From the NCBI GenBank assembly GCA_963734495.1, contig CAVTHK010000001.1, positions 704,001 through 768,000 on the forward strand: a stretch of 64,000 nt of DNA. The letters are read 5' to 3'. Origin of the DNA: an uncultured Spirochaetota bacterium (lineage in GTDB: Bacteria > Spirochaetota > Spirochaetia > SZUA-6 > CAVTHK01). The translations under genes and the position numbers were made by a program. The stretch's first letter is position 1, and each line of letters opens with the position of its first letter. This document shows, one piece after another, positions 1 through 11,295 of this stretch. The notes beneath the pieces are model-generated. The model worked only from the letters and a program-made list of their open reading frames with translations, did no database searches and had not been told where the DNA came from.

Positions 1-479
1 CTATTGGGTCGGCTAAGCTTTGACGAGACCACAGCCCCGCCCACTCACGCTGCCATGAGGGCCAGCATGCGGCGGGCTGCGCGTGCATGTGCCGGGTGCG
101 CCGACGTCCTGGCCGAGCTACTGCCCACGGGAGCGCGCTACGGCCTGCCCGTTGAGTTGGAAACGCTGATGCGCGACGTGCGCGATGTCGGCGAGATACT
201 GGGGCGCGCGCTGCAGGGCTCCGCGACCATGCCGGGAACAAGGGCAACGCCGTTGCGCGAGGCGCCTTTCACCTGGGATTGTGGACAGTGTTCCGGGAGG
301 CCGGCGGTCGCGGGCCGCGCGGCGGGTCGGGACGACCGTATTGGGCCGCGTCCAGGGCTCGCAGCGGGTTCAGCGGGTCGTTTCTCGAATTCGTCGAGGC
401 AGTGCTCAAGGCGGGCGGGTTCGCGGTGCAATCGCGCGATGCTCTCGCTCAAGAAATACTCAAGGCCCTAAGAGGATGA
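1..479 (+). CDS. Hypothetical protein of the element (5'-partial, probably frameshifted near 260-280)
   Basis: Protein-like segments in ORF 4..471 (ELLPTGARYGLPVELETLMRDVRDVGEILGRAL) and ORF 279..479 (SGSFLEFVEAVLKAGG...ALAQEILKALRG*). Confidence 0.3.
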
Positions 480-573
480 CAATCGCTCGCGAGGTGCGGG
501 CCGATTTCTATCCGTCCCGAAGTGTCGAAATCGTGGTTCCCTGTTGTTGCCCAAGAGGCAAGGAGAGGGAACT

Positions 574-843
574 GTGTCGACAAAGGCGATTCAGGACAGC
601 GCGATAGAGCTCCCGGAAGACCCGGCGGTATCACTGTCGGTCCGGCAGGCCGCAGCACTGCTCGGCCTACGCGAACCGACAATCCGCAAGCTCACCTGTT
701 TGCGGTCGCTCCCGTTCTACAAGCTTGGCGGCCGGGTCGTGTTTGACCGCGAGGAGCTTCTGGCATGGCGGGCCGCCCGCCGTATCCCGACGCTCGATGA
801 AGGCACCCCCGGTGTTGCGCGTGGCCGCAGGGGCGCTTCATGA
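574..843 (+). CDS. Excisionase-like helix-turn-helix DNA-binding protein (HTH_17/AlpA-like)
   Basis: LSVRQAAALLGLREPTIRKL...LPFYKLGGRVVFDREELLAW; AGGAG RBS upstream of GTG 574; stop overlaps next ATG. Confidence 0.8.
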   Translation: MSTKAIQDSAIELPEDPAVSLSVRQAAALLGLREPTIRKLTCLRSLPFYKLGGRVVFDREELLAWRAARRIPTLDEGTPGVARGRRGAS

Positions 844-2389
844 GCGGCCCCGTCCTGGAGTACGAGCAGCGGCTACTCGGTGCGGCCCTGTTCAATCCTG
901 ACCTACTGGACTGCGGGGATATCGAGCCGCGGCTGTTCGGCGACAGGCGCAACGCCTTGATCGCCGAGACGATGCTGAGCCGAAGACGCGAGGGGAAGCC
1001 GGTCGACTTGCTCACGGTCACCGAGACGCTTAGGGGCGCGGGCCGGCTCGACGGTGCGGGCGGAGCGGCCTACGTGACCGAGCTGACCAACAACGGCGGA
1101 GTGGCGGCCCCGAACGCGAGCTACTACATCAAGGAGCTGCACGAGGCCGCGGCCCGCCGCGGGTTGGAGAAGCTGGGATCGGCGCTCACCCTGGGCTCGA
1201 GAGACGGGCGCACCGTCGAGGACCTGCTCGCCGACGCGCGCGAGTGTCTGGTGGCCGTGGCGGAGAACCTGGCCGGCGCCCGGGCGAGCGACGGGCTCAC
1301 CGTGACACGCGCGGCGGACGTGGAGCGCAAGGAACTGCGCTGGCTCTGGCAGGACCGGATACCGCTCGGCAGCTTCTCGAACTCCTCGCCGGCGACCCCG
1401 GGCTCGGCAAGAGCACTCTGACGCTCGACCTTGCCGCGCGCGTGTCGCGGGCGGCGACGTTCCCGGACGGCTCGTTGGCGCCCGCAGGCGACGTGCTCCT
1501 GCTCTCGGCCGAGGATGATCCGGGCGATACCATCCGGCCGCGACTGGAGGCCGCCGGCGCCGACCTGGGCCGAGTCTCCATCGTCATGGGGATGCGCCGC
1601 GGCGGCCGTGAAGGCTCGTTCTCACTCGTCGAGGACCTGGGCCGCCTGGAAGACGTGCTCGCCACGATGAATGCCCCGGCGCTCATCGTGATCGACCCGA
1701 TAGCCGCCTACTTGGACGGCACGGACTCGCACAAGAACGCCGACGTTCGGTGTGTGCTCGCCCCACTGGCGGCTCTCGCGGCAAAGCATGGTGTCACGGT
1801 GCTCGCGATCCACCACCTGAACAAGGGGCAGGGGCCGGCGCTCTACCGACTGTCCGGCTCTCTCGCCTTCATGGCCGCCGCTCGTGCGGTCTGGGGAGTC
1901 TGTCGCGACCCCGAGGGCGGCGAGGCCCGGCTCTTCGTACCCCCTCAAGATGAACCTTCGCTAGGGAGGCCGCAGGCTTCCGCTTCGAGGTGGCGGACGG
2001 GCCGCGCATCAAGTGGGGCGATGCGGTGTCCGCGCAGGACGCCGACCAGCTCCTGTCGAGCGAGGAGCCGGAGGAGGCGATCCCAACGTCAGGAAGCGAG
2101 CGAGTGGCTCCGGGACAGGCTGGCCGCCGGACCTGTGGCCGCACAGGAGGTAGCGCGGGCCGCACGGGCGGCCGGGATCGCAAAGCGCACGCTGGACCGC
2201 GCAAAGACAGGGCTGGGGATCATGTCGGTCAAAGACGACTTCTCCGGTCCTTGGCGTTGGGCGCTGCCCGAGCATCAGCCGCCGAAGACTGCCACCACGG
2301 CTCAAGAATGCCAAGAATCACACCGTGGCAATGTCGGCAATGTTGGGGGCTCTTGGCAACCTTCGACAAGCGCGAGGGTGCCGGTATGA
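840..2389 (+). CDS. DnaB-like N-terminal domain fused to AAA_25/RepA-like ATPase (helicase), frameshifted near ~1375 and ~1940-2090
   Basis: EQRLLGAAL...VDLLTV...GGAAYVTEL (DnaB-N); RWLWQDRIPLG then GDPGLGKST (Walker A), SAEDD, IVIDPI (Walker B), IHHLNK, SGSLAF. Confidence 0.8.
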
Positions 2390-2898
2390 CCGCCGTCGAG
2401 GGCCTGCGGAGCCGCCTGGAGGCGGCTGGTTGCCGGCTGGAACTGGCCGGCGAAGGGCTCGACATCGCAGGGGACACGGGGCGCCTCGCCCCGGAGCTGG
2501 TCGCCGAGGCCCGCCGGATCAAGCCCGCTCTGATTGTCGAGCTGCTCCGCGAGAACGTCCGGGTGCTCGCTGCCTTTATCGACGGGGACACGCGACTTGC
2601 CGAGCGACAGGCACGACTACCGGAGTACCTGGAGACGGTGGACCGGCTAACCGCAGCTGAGCAACGGCTCTTCGCTTGGTGGCGCGAGGCGGGCTTCCGC
2701 ACCTTCTGGAGCGGACTTGTCGAGGAGCTGATCCTTGTGGGCGAAGGCCTGCCACCGGCCGGTAGCGAAGCTTACACGGTCTACACCTGGCCCGAGGTCG
2801 CAGCGCTCAAGGACAGGAGTCCGGAGGACGTCGCACAGGCGCACCGGGTCAGGAAGGTCTTCCGCGGCACCGTACGCACGGCCGGGCGCGCTGGCTGA
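2386..2898 (+). CDS. Hypothetical protein (N-terminus resembles the TubC-N-like domains found next to phage/satellite primase-helicases)
   Basis: ATGA overlap with upstream stop; MTAVEGLRSRLEAAGCRLELAGEGL...LAPELVAEARRIKPALIVELL. Confidence 0.6.
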   Translation: MTAVEGLRSRLEAAGCRLELAGEGLDIAGDTGRLAPELVAEARRIKPALIVELLRENVRVLAAFIDGDTRLAERQARLPEYLETVDRLTAAEQRLFAWWREAGFRTFWSGLVEELILVGEGLPPAGSEAYTVYTWPEVAALKDRSPEDVAQAHRVRKVFRGTVRTAGRAG

Positions 2899-3053
2899 GC
2901 GCATGACACAACCGGCGCCTACCAAGGTTGAGTGATTGCTGCCGCGAGCCGGACAGGGCTCTTGGCAGTCTGCTATGACGGGCATGAGGCCGCGACAACG
3001 CTCCGAGCACCGGGAATCCTGAGTCCTGGCACGGCGTAGCGCAGGGAGGACAA

Positions 3054-3521
3054 ATGAGTGAACATCGGCAGGTATCAGTCAAGCATCCGGACGGCAGCTA
3101 CATACCCATCGACGAAGACATCGCACTCCTGATCGAGTCTCTATGGTCGCTCGGCATGGCGACGACCCTCTCGTGCCAGGAGGACAGATCAGGCCTGCTC
3201 TGCGTTGTGTTCCGCAGCAGCCGCGACGTGGAGCGCTTCCTAACCATCGTAATGAGAGCCGCCGCGGGAAATGCGGAGAGGGAGCGCGTGCAAGGACGGT
3301 GGGTCTACTGCGAGGGCGATTGCCCGGAAGGCTGGTGGGTTCTCAAGCTTCTTGTTAGGGATGAGTCGGCCGTCTACGTCGGCAACACGGCGGTGGCGTT
3401 CGCAGGACCCGCGAAGGCCAGCGTCGACGTCGGTGTTTGGTTTCCTGTGTACGACTACGAATGGGTTCTCGAGGCAATGCTGGACGAGATCGAACGCCGC
3501 CGGACGCGCAGGAGGGCGTAG
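3054..3521 (+). CDS. Hypothetical protein with IDxxIxxL...TxxSC motif
   Basis: Strong GGAGG RBS; 155-aa ORF; IDEDIALLIESLWSLGMATTLSCQED. Confidence 0.65.
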   Translation: MSEHRQVSVKHPDGSYIPIDEDIALLIESLWSLGMATTLSCQEDRSGLLCVVFRSSRDVERFLTIVMRAAAGNAERERVQGRWVYCEGDCPEGWWVLKLLVRDESAVYVGNTAVAFAGPAKASVDVGVWFPVYDYEWVLEAMLDEIERRRTRRRA

Positions 3522-3840
3522 GGACATTTCTCTCCCACGCTCGACCGCCCGCGCGAGAATCGCTCCTGCGCCGCCTTGGGTTCGCTAGCGAGTCGCACGC
3601 ACGTCCGGCTGTGCACGACGTTTGCCGGTGCGTGGAGCCACGTGCTTGTCCCCAATCATGACCTCTGCTACGCTGGAGTGGTGATATGTTCCCCACGGGA
3701 CTGCTGTAGCAAAGAGGCGCATATTTGGGCTGTTGTGAGTGAGCAGTCCGGTCAGACGGTCGCTTCGACAACTGACTTACGGAGAACGCCGGCGGAAGCG
3801 TCTTGGAGAACTCTGCGTACAAGCCCGACTGTGACGTGAA

Positions 3841-5337
3841 ATGCCCCTGACTCTTCAAGACCTCAAATCCCACCTCTGGAACTGCGCCGAGATCCTGCGC
3901 GGCAGCGCCGTCGATCGCACGGACTGGAAGGCCTACATCCTGCCGCTGCTCTTCTTCAAGCGGATCTGCGACGTCTGGGACGAGGAGACGGCCGAGGCCG
4001 CCGAGCTCTTCGGCGACGTCGACCCCGTCGACTTCCCCGAGGTCCACCGCTTCAACGTCCCCGAGGGCTGCCACTGGCGGGACGTCCGCGAGACCCCGGC
4101 CAACATCGGCGCCGCGCTCTCGCACGCCATGCGCGAGATCGAGCGAGCCAACCCCGACACTCTCTACCGCGTCTTCGGCGCCGCCGACTGGGGCAACCGC
4201 GAGATGCTCACCGACGAGATCCTCAAGGACCTCATCGAAGGGCTCTCGGAGGTCTCGCTCGGCAACACGGCCGTCAGCTCCGACATCCTCGGCGACGCCT
4301 ACGAGTACCTGATCGGCAAGTTCGCCGACATCACCAAGCGCAAGAAGGCCGGCGAGTTCTACACCCCGCGCAGCGTCGTGCGGATGATGGTCGACATCCT
4401 CGACCCGAAGGAGGGCGAGAGCATCTACGACCCGGCCTGCGGCACGGGCGGCATGCTGCTCGGGGCGATCGAGCACGTGCAGCGCGCCGGCGGCGATCCG
4501 CGCACTTTCTTCGGCAAGATCTACGGCCAGGAGAAGAACCTCACGACCTCGTCCATCGCCCGCATGAACCTCGTGCTCCACGGCATCGAGGACTTCCAGA
4601 TCGTGCGCGAGGACACGCTCCGCAGCCCGGCCTTCACGGACTCGAGCACCGGCGGTCTCGCCACCTTCGACTGCGTGATCGCCAATCCGCCCTTCTCGCT
4701 CAAGGAATGGGGCCGCGAGATCTGGGAGGCCGACCCGTGGGGCCGTGCCGCCTTCGGCCTCCCGCCGGAGAGCTACGGCGACTACGCCTGGGTCCAGCAC
4801 ATGGTCGCTCGATGGCCGCGGGCACCGGCCGCATGGCGGTGGTGCTCCCGCAGGGGGCGCTCTTCCGCAAGGGCGCGGAAGGCAGAATCCGCAGGCGCTC
4901 CTGGAGCAGGACCTCATCGAGGCCGTCATCGGCCTCGCCCCGAACATCTTCTACGGCACCGGTCTCGCGCCGGCCGTCGTGATCCTCCGCCGCACGAAGC
5001 CCGCCGACGCGGAAGGAGAAGGTCTGATCATCGACGCCTCGAGCCTCTTCCGCAAGGGCCGCGCCCAGAACTTCCTCGACCCCGAGCACGCCGAGCAGAT
5101 CGTCGCCTGGGTGCGCGCCTTCGAGGATGTGGAGGACCGCGCCAAGGTCGTCAGCCTCGACGAGATCAAGGCCGAGGACTGGACGCTCAACATCTCCCGC
5201 TACGTGCTGCCGCCCATCGGCGAGGAGATCCCGCCGCTGCCGGAGGCCGTCGCCGCCTTCAAGCAGGCGCTCGCCGAGGCCCGGCGGCCGAGGACCACCT
5301 GCGCGAGGTCCTGACCGAGGGAGGCTGGCTCGCATGA
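3841..5337 (+). CDS. hsdM: Type I R-M methyltransferase M1 (NPPF), frameshifted near ~4810, ~4890 and ~5280
   Basis: LWNCAEILRG, LLFFKRICD, GEFYTPRSVV, YDPACGTGGML, NPPF (4684-4695), VVLPQGALFR, LNISRYV. Confidence 0.93.
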   Translation: MPLTLQDLKSHLWNCAEILRGSAVDRTDWKAYILPLLFFKRICDVWDEETAEAAELFGDVDPVDFPEVHRFNVPEGCHWRDVRETPANIGAALSHAMREIERANPDTLYRVFGAADWGNREMLTDEILKDLIEGLSEVSLGNTAVSSDILGDAYEYLIGKFADITKRKKAGEFYTPRSVVRMMVDILDPKEGESIYDPACGTGGMLLGAIEHVQRAGGDPRTFFGKIYGQEKNLTTSSIARMNLVLHGIEDFQIVREDTLRSPAFTDSSTGGLATFDCVIANPPFSLKEWGREIWEADPWGRAAFGLPPESYGDYAWVQHMVARWPRAPAAWRWCSRRGRSSARARKAESAGAPGAGPHRGRHRPRPEHLLRHRSRAGRRDPPPHEARRRGRRRSDHRRLEPLPQGPRPELPRPRARRADRRLGARLRGCGGPRQGRQPRRDQGRGLDAQHLPLRAAAHRRGDPAAAGGRRRLQAGARRGPAAEDHLREVLTEGGWLA

Positions 5338-6854
5338 GCAAGGCCCCCGAACACCTGAGCCAGCAGGAACTCGAGTCCTACCTCTGGGGCGCGGCCAAGC
5401 TGCTGCGGGGCCTGATCGACGCCGGCGACTACAAGCAGTACGTCTTCCCGCTGCTCTTCTTCAAGCGGCTCTCCGACGTGTGGGACGAGGAGTACCAGAG
5501 CCGCCCTCGACGAGACCGGCGACGCGGCCTACGCCCGCGCGACGGCCGACGACCGCTTCGCGATCCCCGACGGCGCGCACTGGTCCGACGTGCGCAGCGC
5601 CTCCCGCGACGTCGGCCGGGCGCTGCTGAACGCCTTCCGCGCCATCGAGGCGGCCAACCCGGAGCGCCTGTCCGGCGTCTTCGGCAACGCCTCCTGGACC
5701 GACAAGGCGCAGCTGCCCGACGAGACGCTCAAGAACCTGATCGAGCACTTCTCGCAGCACACGCTGAGCCTGGCCGCCGTCCCCGAGGACGAGCTCGGCA
5801 ACGGCTACGAGTACCTGATCAAGCAGTTCGCCGACGACAGCGGCCACACGGCGCAGGAGTTCTACACCAACCGCACGCTCGTCCACCTGATGACGCAGAT
5901 GCTCGAGCCGCAGGCCGGGCGAGCGCATCTACGACCCCACCGTCGGCACCGGCGGCATGCTCATCTCGGCGCTGGCCGAGGTGAAGCGCCGGGGCGGCGA
6001 CACGCGCACGCTCGGCCTCTACGGCCAGGAGCTGATCCACATCACGGCCGCCATCGCCCGGATGAACCTCGTGCTGCACGGCGTCGAGGACTTCGAGATC
6101 GTCGCCGGCAACACGCTGAGCAACCCGGCCTTCATCGAGCGCGACCGCCTGCGGACCTTCGACGTGGTCCTCGCCAATCCGCCGTACTCGATCAAGAAGT
6201 GGAACCGCGAGGCGTGGCAGAGCGATCCCTGGGGCCGCAACTTCCTCGGCACGCCGCCCCAGGGCCGCGCCGACTACGCCTTCTTCCAGCACATCCTGAA
6301 GAGCCTGGACCCGAAGACCGGCCGCTGCGCGATCCTCTTCCCGCACGGCGTGCTCTTCCGCAACGAAGAGGCGGAGATGCGGCGCAAGCTCGTCGAGTCG
6401 GACCTGCTCGAGTGCGTCCTCGGCCTGGGGCCGAACCTCTTCTACAACTCGCCGATGGAAGCCTGCGTCGTGATCTGCCGGACGCAGAAGCCCGCCGACC
6501 GCCAAGGGAAGATCCTCTTCATCGACGCCGTGCACGAGGTGGCGCGGGAGCGGGCGCAGAGCTTCCTGAAGCCGGAGCACCAGGAGCGGATCCTGGCGGC
6601 CTATCAGGCGTTCGCCGACGAGCCCGGCTTCGCCACGGTCGCGACGATCGCGGAGGTGCTCGCAGAAGGACGGCAACCTGTCGATCCCGCGCTACGTCAG
6701 GCCGATCGGGAATGGGGCAGGCAACGGTGGCGACCAGGACCTGAAGACGGCGTGGGCCGCATTCGACGCCAGCGGGCGGGAGTTCTGGCAGCAGATGGAC
6801 GCGCTGGTGGACATGCTCGACGGCGTCGTCGCCGAGGAGGCGCACGATGCCTGA
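5334..6854 (+). CDS. hsdM: Type I R-M methyltransferase M2 (NPPY), frameshifted
   Basis: LESYLWGAAKLLRG, LLFFKRLSD, QEFYTNRTLV, YDPTVGTGGML, NPPY (6176-6187), ILFPHGVLFR. Confidence 0.93.
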
Positions 6855-8074
6855 GATCGCGTCCAAGAAGCGGGTGGACCCGCGTCGCCTTCGGCGATGT
6901 CGTGCGACAGGTCAGGGACCGCGTCGATCCCGGACGAAGCCGGACTTGACCGCTACGTCGGCCGGCGAGCACATGGACACCGACGATCTGCGGATTCGAC
7001 GGTGGGGGACGATCGGCGACGGCTATCTCGGACCGCATTTCACATGCGCTTCAAGCCGGGGCACGTCCTCTATCGGATCGCGCCGGACCTATCAGCGCAA
7101 GGTCGCCGTCGCCGACTTCGATGGCGTATCTCGGCGAACACGACCTATCGTCCTCGAGCCGAAGGACCCGAAGTCCTGCTGCCCGAGTTGCTGCCGTTCA
7201 TCATGCAGACCGAGTCCTTCCACGAGCACTCGGTCGAGCAATCGAAGGGCTCGCTCAATCGCCTATGATCAACTGGTCAGACCTCGCGTGGTACGAGTTC
7301 GCCCTGCCGCCGCTGGAGGAGCAGCGGCGGATTGCGCAGACTGCTGCGCGCGGCCACGGATGTGGCCCAGTATCATGATGAGGCGGCTGCGCGTGTTCAG
7401 ATGGTCTCCGAGAGCATGCTGCTCCGATACTTTCAGGGAGCCCACCTCGGGGGCTTGATCCACGACGAGCGATTCGGCCGATACTCTCCCAGTCTGCCTC
7501 TCACACCTGTCGGAGAACTGTTGGTCGCGACGCAGTACGGGCTTTCGATGCCCTCCACCACAGGCGGCAGTTCCGGATGCTCCGCATGATGGATATGTCG
7601 GATGGCTCGGCAACTGACGACAGTCTCTGTTCCGTGGACCTGTCCGATGAAGATTTCAGTCGATACCGGCTTGAGCACGGCGATTTGCTCTTCAATCGCA
7701 CAAACAGTCATGAGCTGGTCGGACGTACCGGTGTTTACAGATTGGAGGGAGATCACGTGTTCGCCTCGTACCTTGTTCGTTTGAAGACCGACGCGAGCGC
7801 GCTCCTACCGGACTATCTCTGTGCCTTCCTAATGCTCCACTTGGGCGTCGACAAGTCATGCGATTTGCAACACGCGGCGTTAGCCAGACGAACGTCAATA
7901 CATCGAATCTGCGGAAAGTGCTGATTCCATTGCCGCCGATTGCGTATCAGCATACGGTTGTCGAGCGGATTGAGCGCCTGCGATGTGCGCGTCGATCTCA
8001 TCAGAGGAGAGCTAATCAAGCGCGAAGGCTCGCGGCGCAGGCTCGGGAACGACTTCTTGGGGACGACACGATGA
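6847..8074 (+). CDS. hsdS: Type I R-M specificity subunit, several frameshifts
   Basis: GWTRVAFGDVV, INWSDLAWYEFALPPLEEQRRIA, LEHGDLLFNRTNS, VFASYLVR, SQTNVNTSNLRKVLIPLPPIAYQ. Confidence 0.88.
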
Positions 8075-11039
8075 CCTTCAACGAAGCCAACACCGTCGAA
8101 GCCTTCATCCGCGACCGACTCTGCGGCGGCATCACCCACCACACCGCCGTCGGTCCCGGCCTCGCCCGCCGCCACGGCCAGATCTCCGGCCTCGGCTGGC
8201 ACTTCCTCGCCCCGCAGAACCTTCCGCGCCAGCCGCACGAAGTCCTCGTCGAGGATCACCTGCGCGAGGCGCTGATCCGGCTGAACCCGGAGATCGCCGC
8301 CCAGCCCGACCGGGCCGACGATGTGCTCTACAAGCTGCGCGCCATCATCATGGGCGTGCGCAGCGACGGCCTCGTCAAGGCCAACGAGGAGTTCGCCGCC
8401 TGGCTCACCGGCGAGCGGTCGATGCCCTTCGGCGAGAACGGCGAGCATGTCACCATCCGCCTGATCGACTTCGCCGATCTCGAGCAGAACCAGTACGTCG
8501 TCACCACGCAGTACACCGTACCGCGCCGGGGCCACCGAGAAGCGGGCCGACCTCGTGCTGCTCGTCAACGGCATCCCGCTGGTCGTGATCGAGGCGAAGA
8601 CGCCGTCCGCGCGAGCCAGAGCTGGCTCGACGGGGCGCTCCAGGTGCACGACGACTACGAGCGCAACGTCCCCGAGCTGTTCGTGCCGAACGTGTTCTCC
8701 GTCGCCACCGAGGGCAAGGAGTTCCGCTACGGCTCGATCGGGCTGCCGGTCGAGCTCTGGGGACCGTGGCGGATCGAGGCCGACACGAAGACGCCGGCCC
8801 TGCAGCAGATCGAGAAGGCGGTCGCGTCGATGCTGCGGCCGCACGTCGTGCTCGACCTGCTCGCCAACTTCACCGCCTACGCCACCGACAAGAAGAAGCG
8901 CCGCATCAAGATCATCGCCCGCTACCAGCAGTACGACGGCGCGAACAAGATCGTCGAGCGCGTGGTGGCCGGGCACCCGAAGAAGGGCCTGATCTGGCAC
9001 TTCCAGGGCTCGGGCAAGTCGCTGCTGATGCTCTTCGCGGCGCGCAAGCTGCGCCTGCACCCGGCGCTCAAGAATCCGACCGTGATGATCGTGGTGGACC
9101 GCATCGATCTCGACACCCAGATCTCCGAGCACCTTCTACGCCGCCGACACGCCGAACCTGGTGAAGGCCGACAGCCGCGCCGAGCTGCAGCGGCTGCTGG
9201 CGCAGGACGTGCGCAAGATCATCATCACGACGATCTTCAAGTTCGGCGAGGCCGACGGCGTCCTCAACGACCGCAGCAACATCATCGCCATGGTCGACGA
9301 GGCCCACCGCACGCAGGAAGGCGACCTCGGCCGCAAGATGCGCGAGGCGCTGCCCAACGCGTTCCTGTTCGGCCTGACCGGCACGCCGATCAACCGCGCC
9401 GACCGCAACACCTTCTACGCCTTCGGCGCCGACGAGGACGAGCGCGGCTACATGAGCCGCTACGGCTTCGAGGAGTCGATCCGCGACGGCGCCACGATGC
9501 CGCTGCACTTCGAGCCGCGCCTGCTCGAGCTGCACATCGACAAGGAGGCGATCGACGAGGCCTTCAAGGAGCTGACCGGCGGCCTGAGCGACCTCGACAA
9601 GGACCAGCTCGCCAAGACCGCCGCGAAGATGGCCGTGCTGGTGAAGTCGCCGGAGCGCATCCAGAAGATCTGCGCGGACATCGCCCAGCACTTCCAGGAG
9701 AAGGTCGCGCCCGAACGGCTTCGGGGCGCAGGTCGTCACCTTCGACCGCGAGAGCTGCGTGCTCTACAAGAAGGCGCTCGACGAGCACCTGCCGCCGGAG
9801 GTCTCCGACATCGTCATGACGGTGAACAGCGGCGAGGACGAGTACGCGCCCTACCGCCGCGAGCGGGACGCCGAGGAGAAGCTCCTCGACCGCTTCCGCG
9901 ACCCGGCCGATCCGCTGAAGATCCTGATCGTCACCTCGAAGCTGCTGACCGGCTTCGACGCGCCGATCCTGCAGGCGATGTACCTCGACAAGCCGCTGCG
10001 CGACCACACGCTGCTGCAGGCCATCTGCCGCACGAACCGCCCCTACGGCGAGGCGAAGACCCACGGCCTGATCGTCGACTACCTCGGCGTCTTCGACGAC
10101 GTGGCCCAGGCGATCCAGTTCGACGAGGAGGGCATCACCCGGGTCGTCACCAACATCAACGAACTCGTCGGCAAGCTGCCCGAGGCCATGCAGAAGTGCC
10201 TGGCCTACTTCCCGGGCGTCGATCGCACCGTCACCGGCTACGAGGGGCTGATCGCCGCGCAGGACTGCCTGCCCAACAACGACACGCGCGACCGCTTCGC
10301 CGCCGACTACAGCTACCTGAGCCGCCTCTGGGAGGCGATCTCGCCCGATCCGGTCCTGAGCCAGTACGAGACCGACTACCGCTGGCTGTCGCAGGTCTAC
10401 GAGTCGGTGAAGCCCTCGACCGGCACGGGCAAGCTGCTCTGGCACGCGCTCGGGCCGAAGACGATCGAGCTGATCCACGAGCACGTCCACGTCGACGCGA
10501 TCCGCGACGACCTCGACACGCTGGTCCTGGACGCCGACCTGCTCGAAGCCGTGCTCGGCACGCCCGACCCGGACAAGAAGGCCAAGGAGATCGAGATCAA
10601 GGTCGCCCGGCGCCTGCGCAAGCGGCTGCACGACCCGCGCTTCAAGGCGCTCGGCGAGCGGCTCGAGGCCCTGAAGGAGCGGCACGAGCAGGGGCTGCTC
10701 CTCAGCATCGACTTCCTGAAGGCGCTGCTCGAGCTGGCCCGCGACGTCGTCGCCGCCGAGCAGGCCGCCGAGCCCATCGACGACGAGACGCTCGGCAAGG
10801 CCGCGCTCACCGAGCTCTTCGAGGAGGCGAAGAACGACGAGACGCCGATCATGGTCGAGCGCGTCGTCAACGACATCGACGAGATCGTGCGCTACGTCCG
10901 CTTCGACGGCTGGCAGAACACCCACGCCGGCGAGCGCGAGGTCAAGATGGCGCTGCGCAAGACGCTGTTCAAGTACAAGCTCCACCAGGATCAGGAGCTG
11001 TTCGACCGGGCCTACGGGTACATCCGGCAGTACTACTGA
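8071..11039 (+). CDS. hsdR: Type I R-M restriction subunit, frameshifted near ~8520, ~8605, ~9130 and ~9710
   Basis: DLVLLVNGIPLVVIEAK, IWHFQGSGKS, VVDRIDLD, VDEAHR, GLTGTP, LLTGFDAP, LLQAICRTNR. Confidence 0.93.
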
Positions 11040-11295
11040 CCGACCGGGCGGAAGTAGCTGTCCGAGGCGTGGGCGATAGCCTGACGCCGGCTACGGTTCG
11101 TCCTTCCCATTGTGTTTCTGGAGTTCGGCAATGTAGGCGACCGGGTGCTGCGCCCCGCAGGGCTGCCTCTACGAGAGTGAGCGTCAAAGAGAACACCCGA
11201 TACGCCAATGCACTGGGGGGTGTTTGCAGTGTGACGATACTCGTAGTAGACTTTGACTGTCGAAACTCCCAAGCCACACGGGCGGGGCGGAAATC

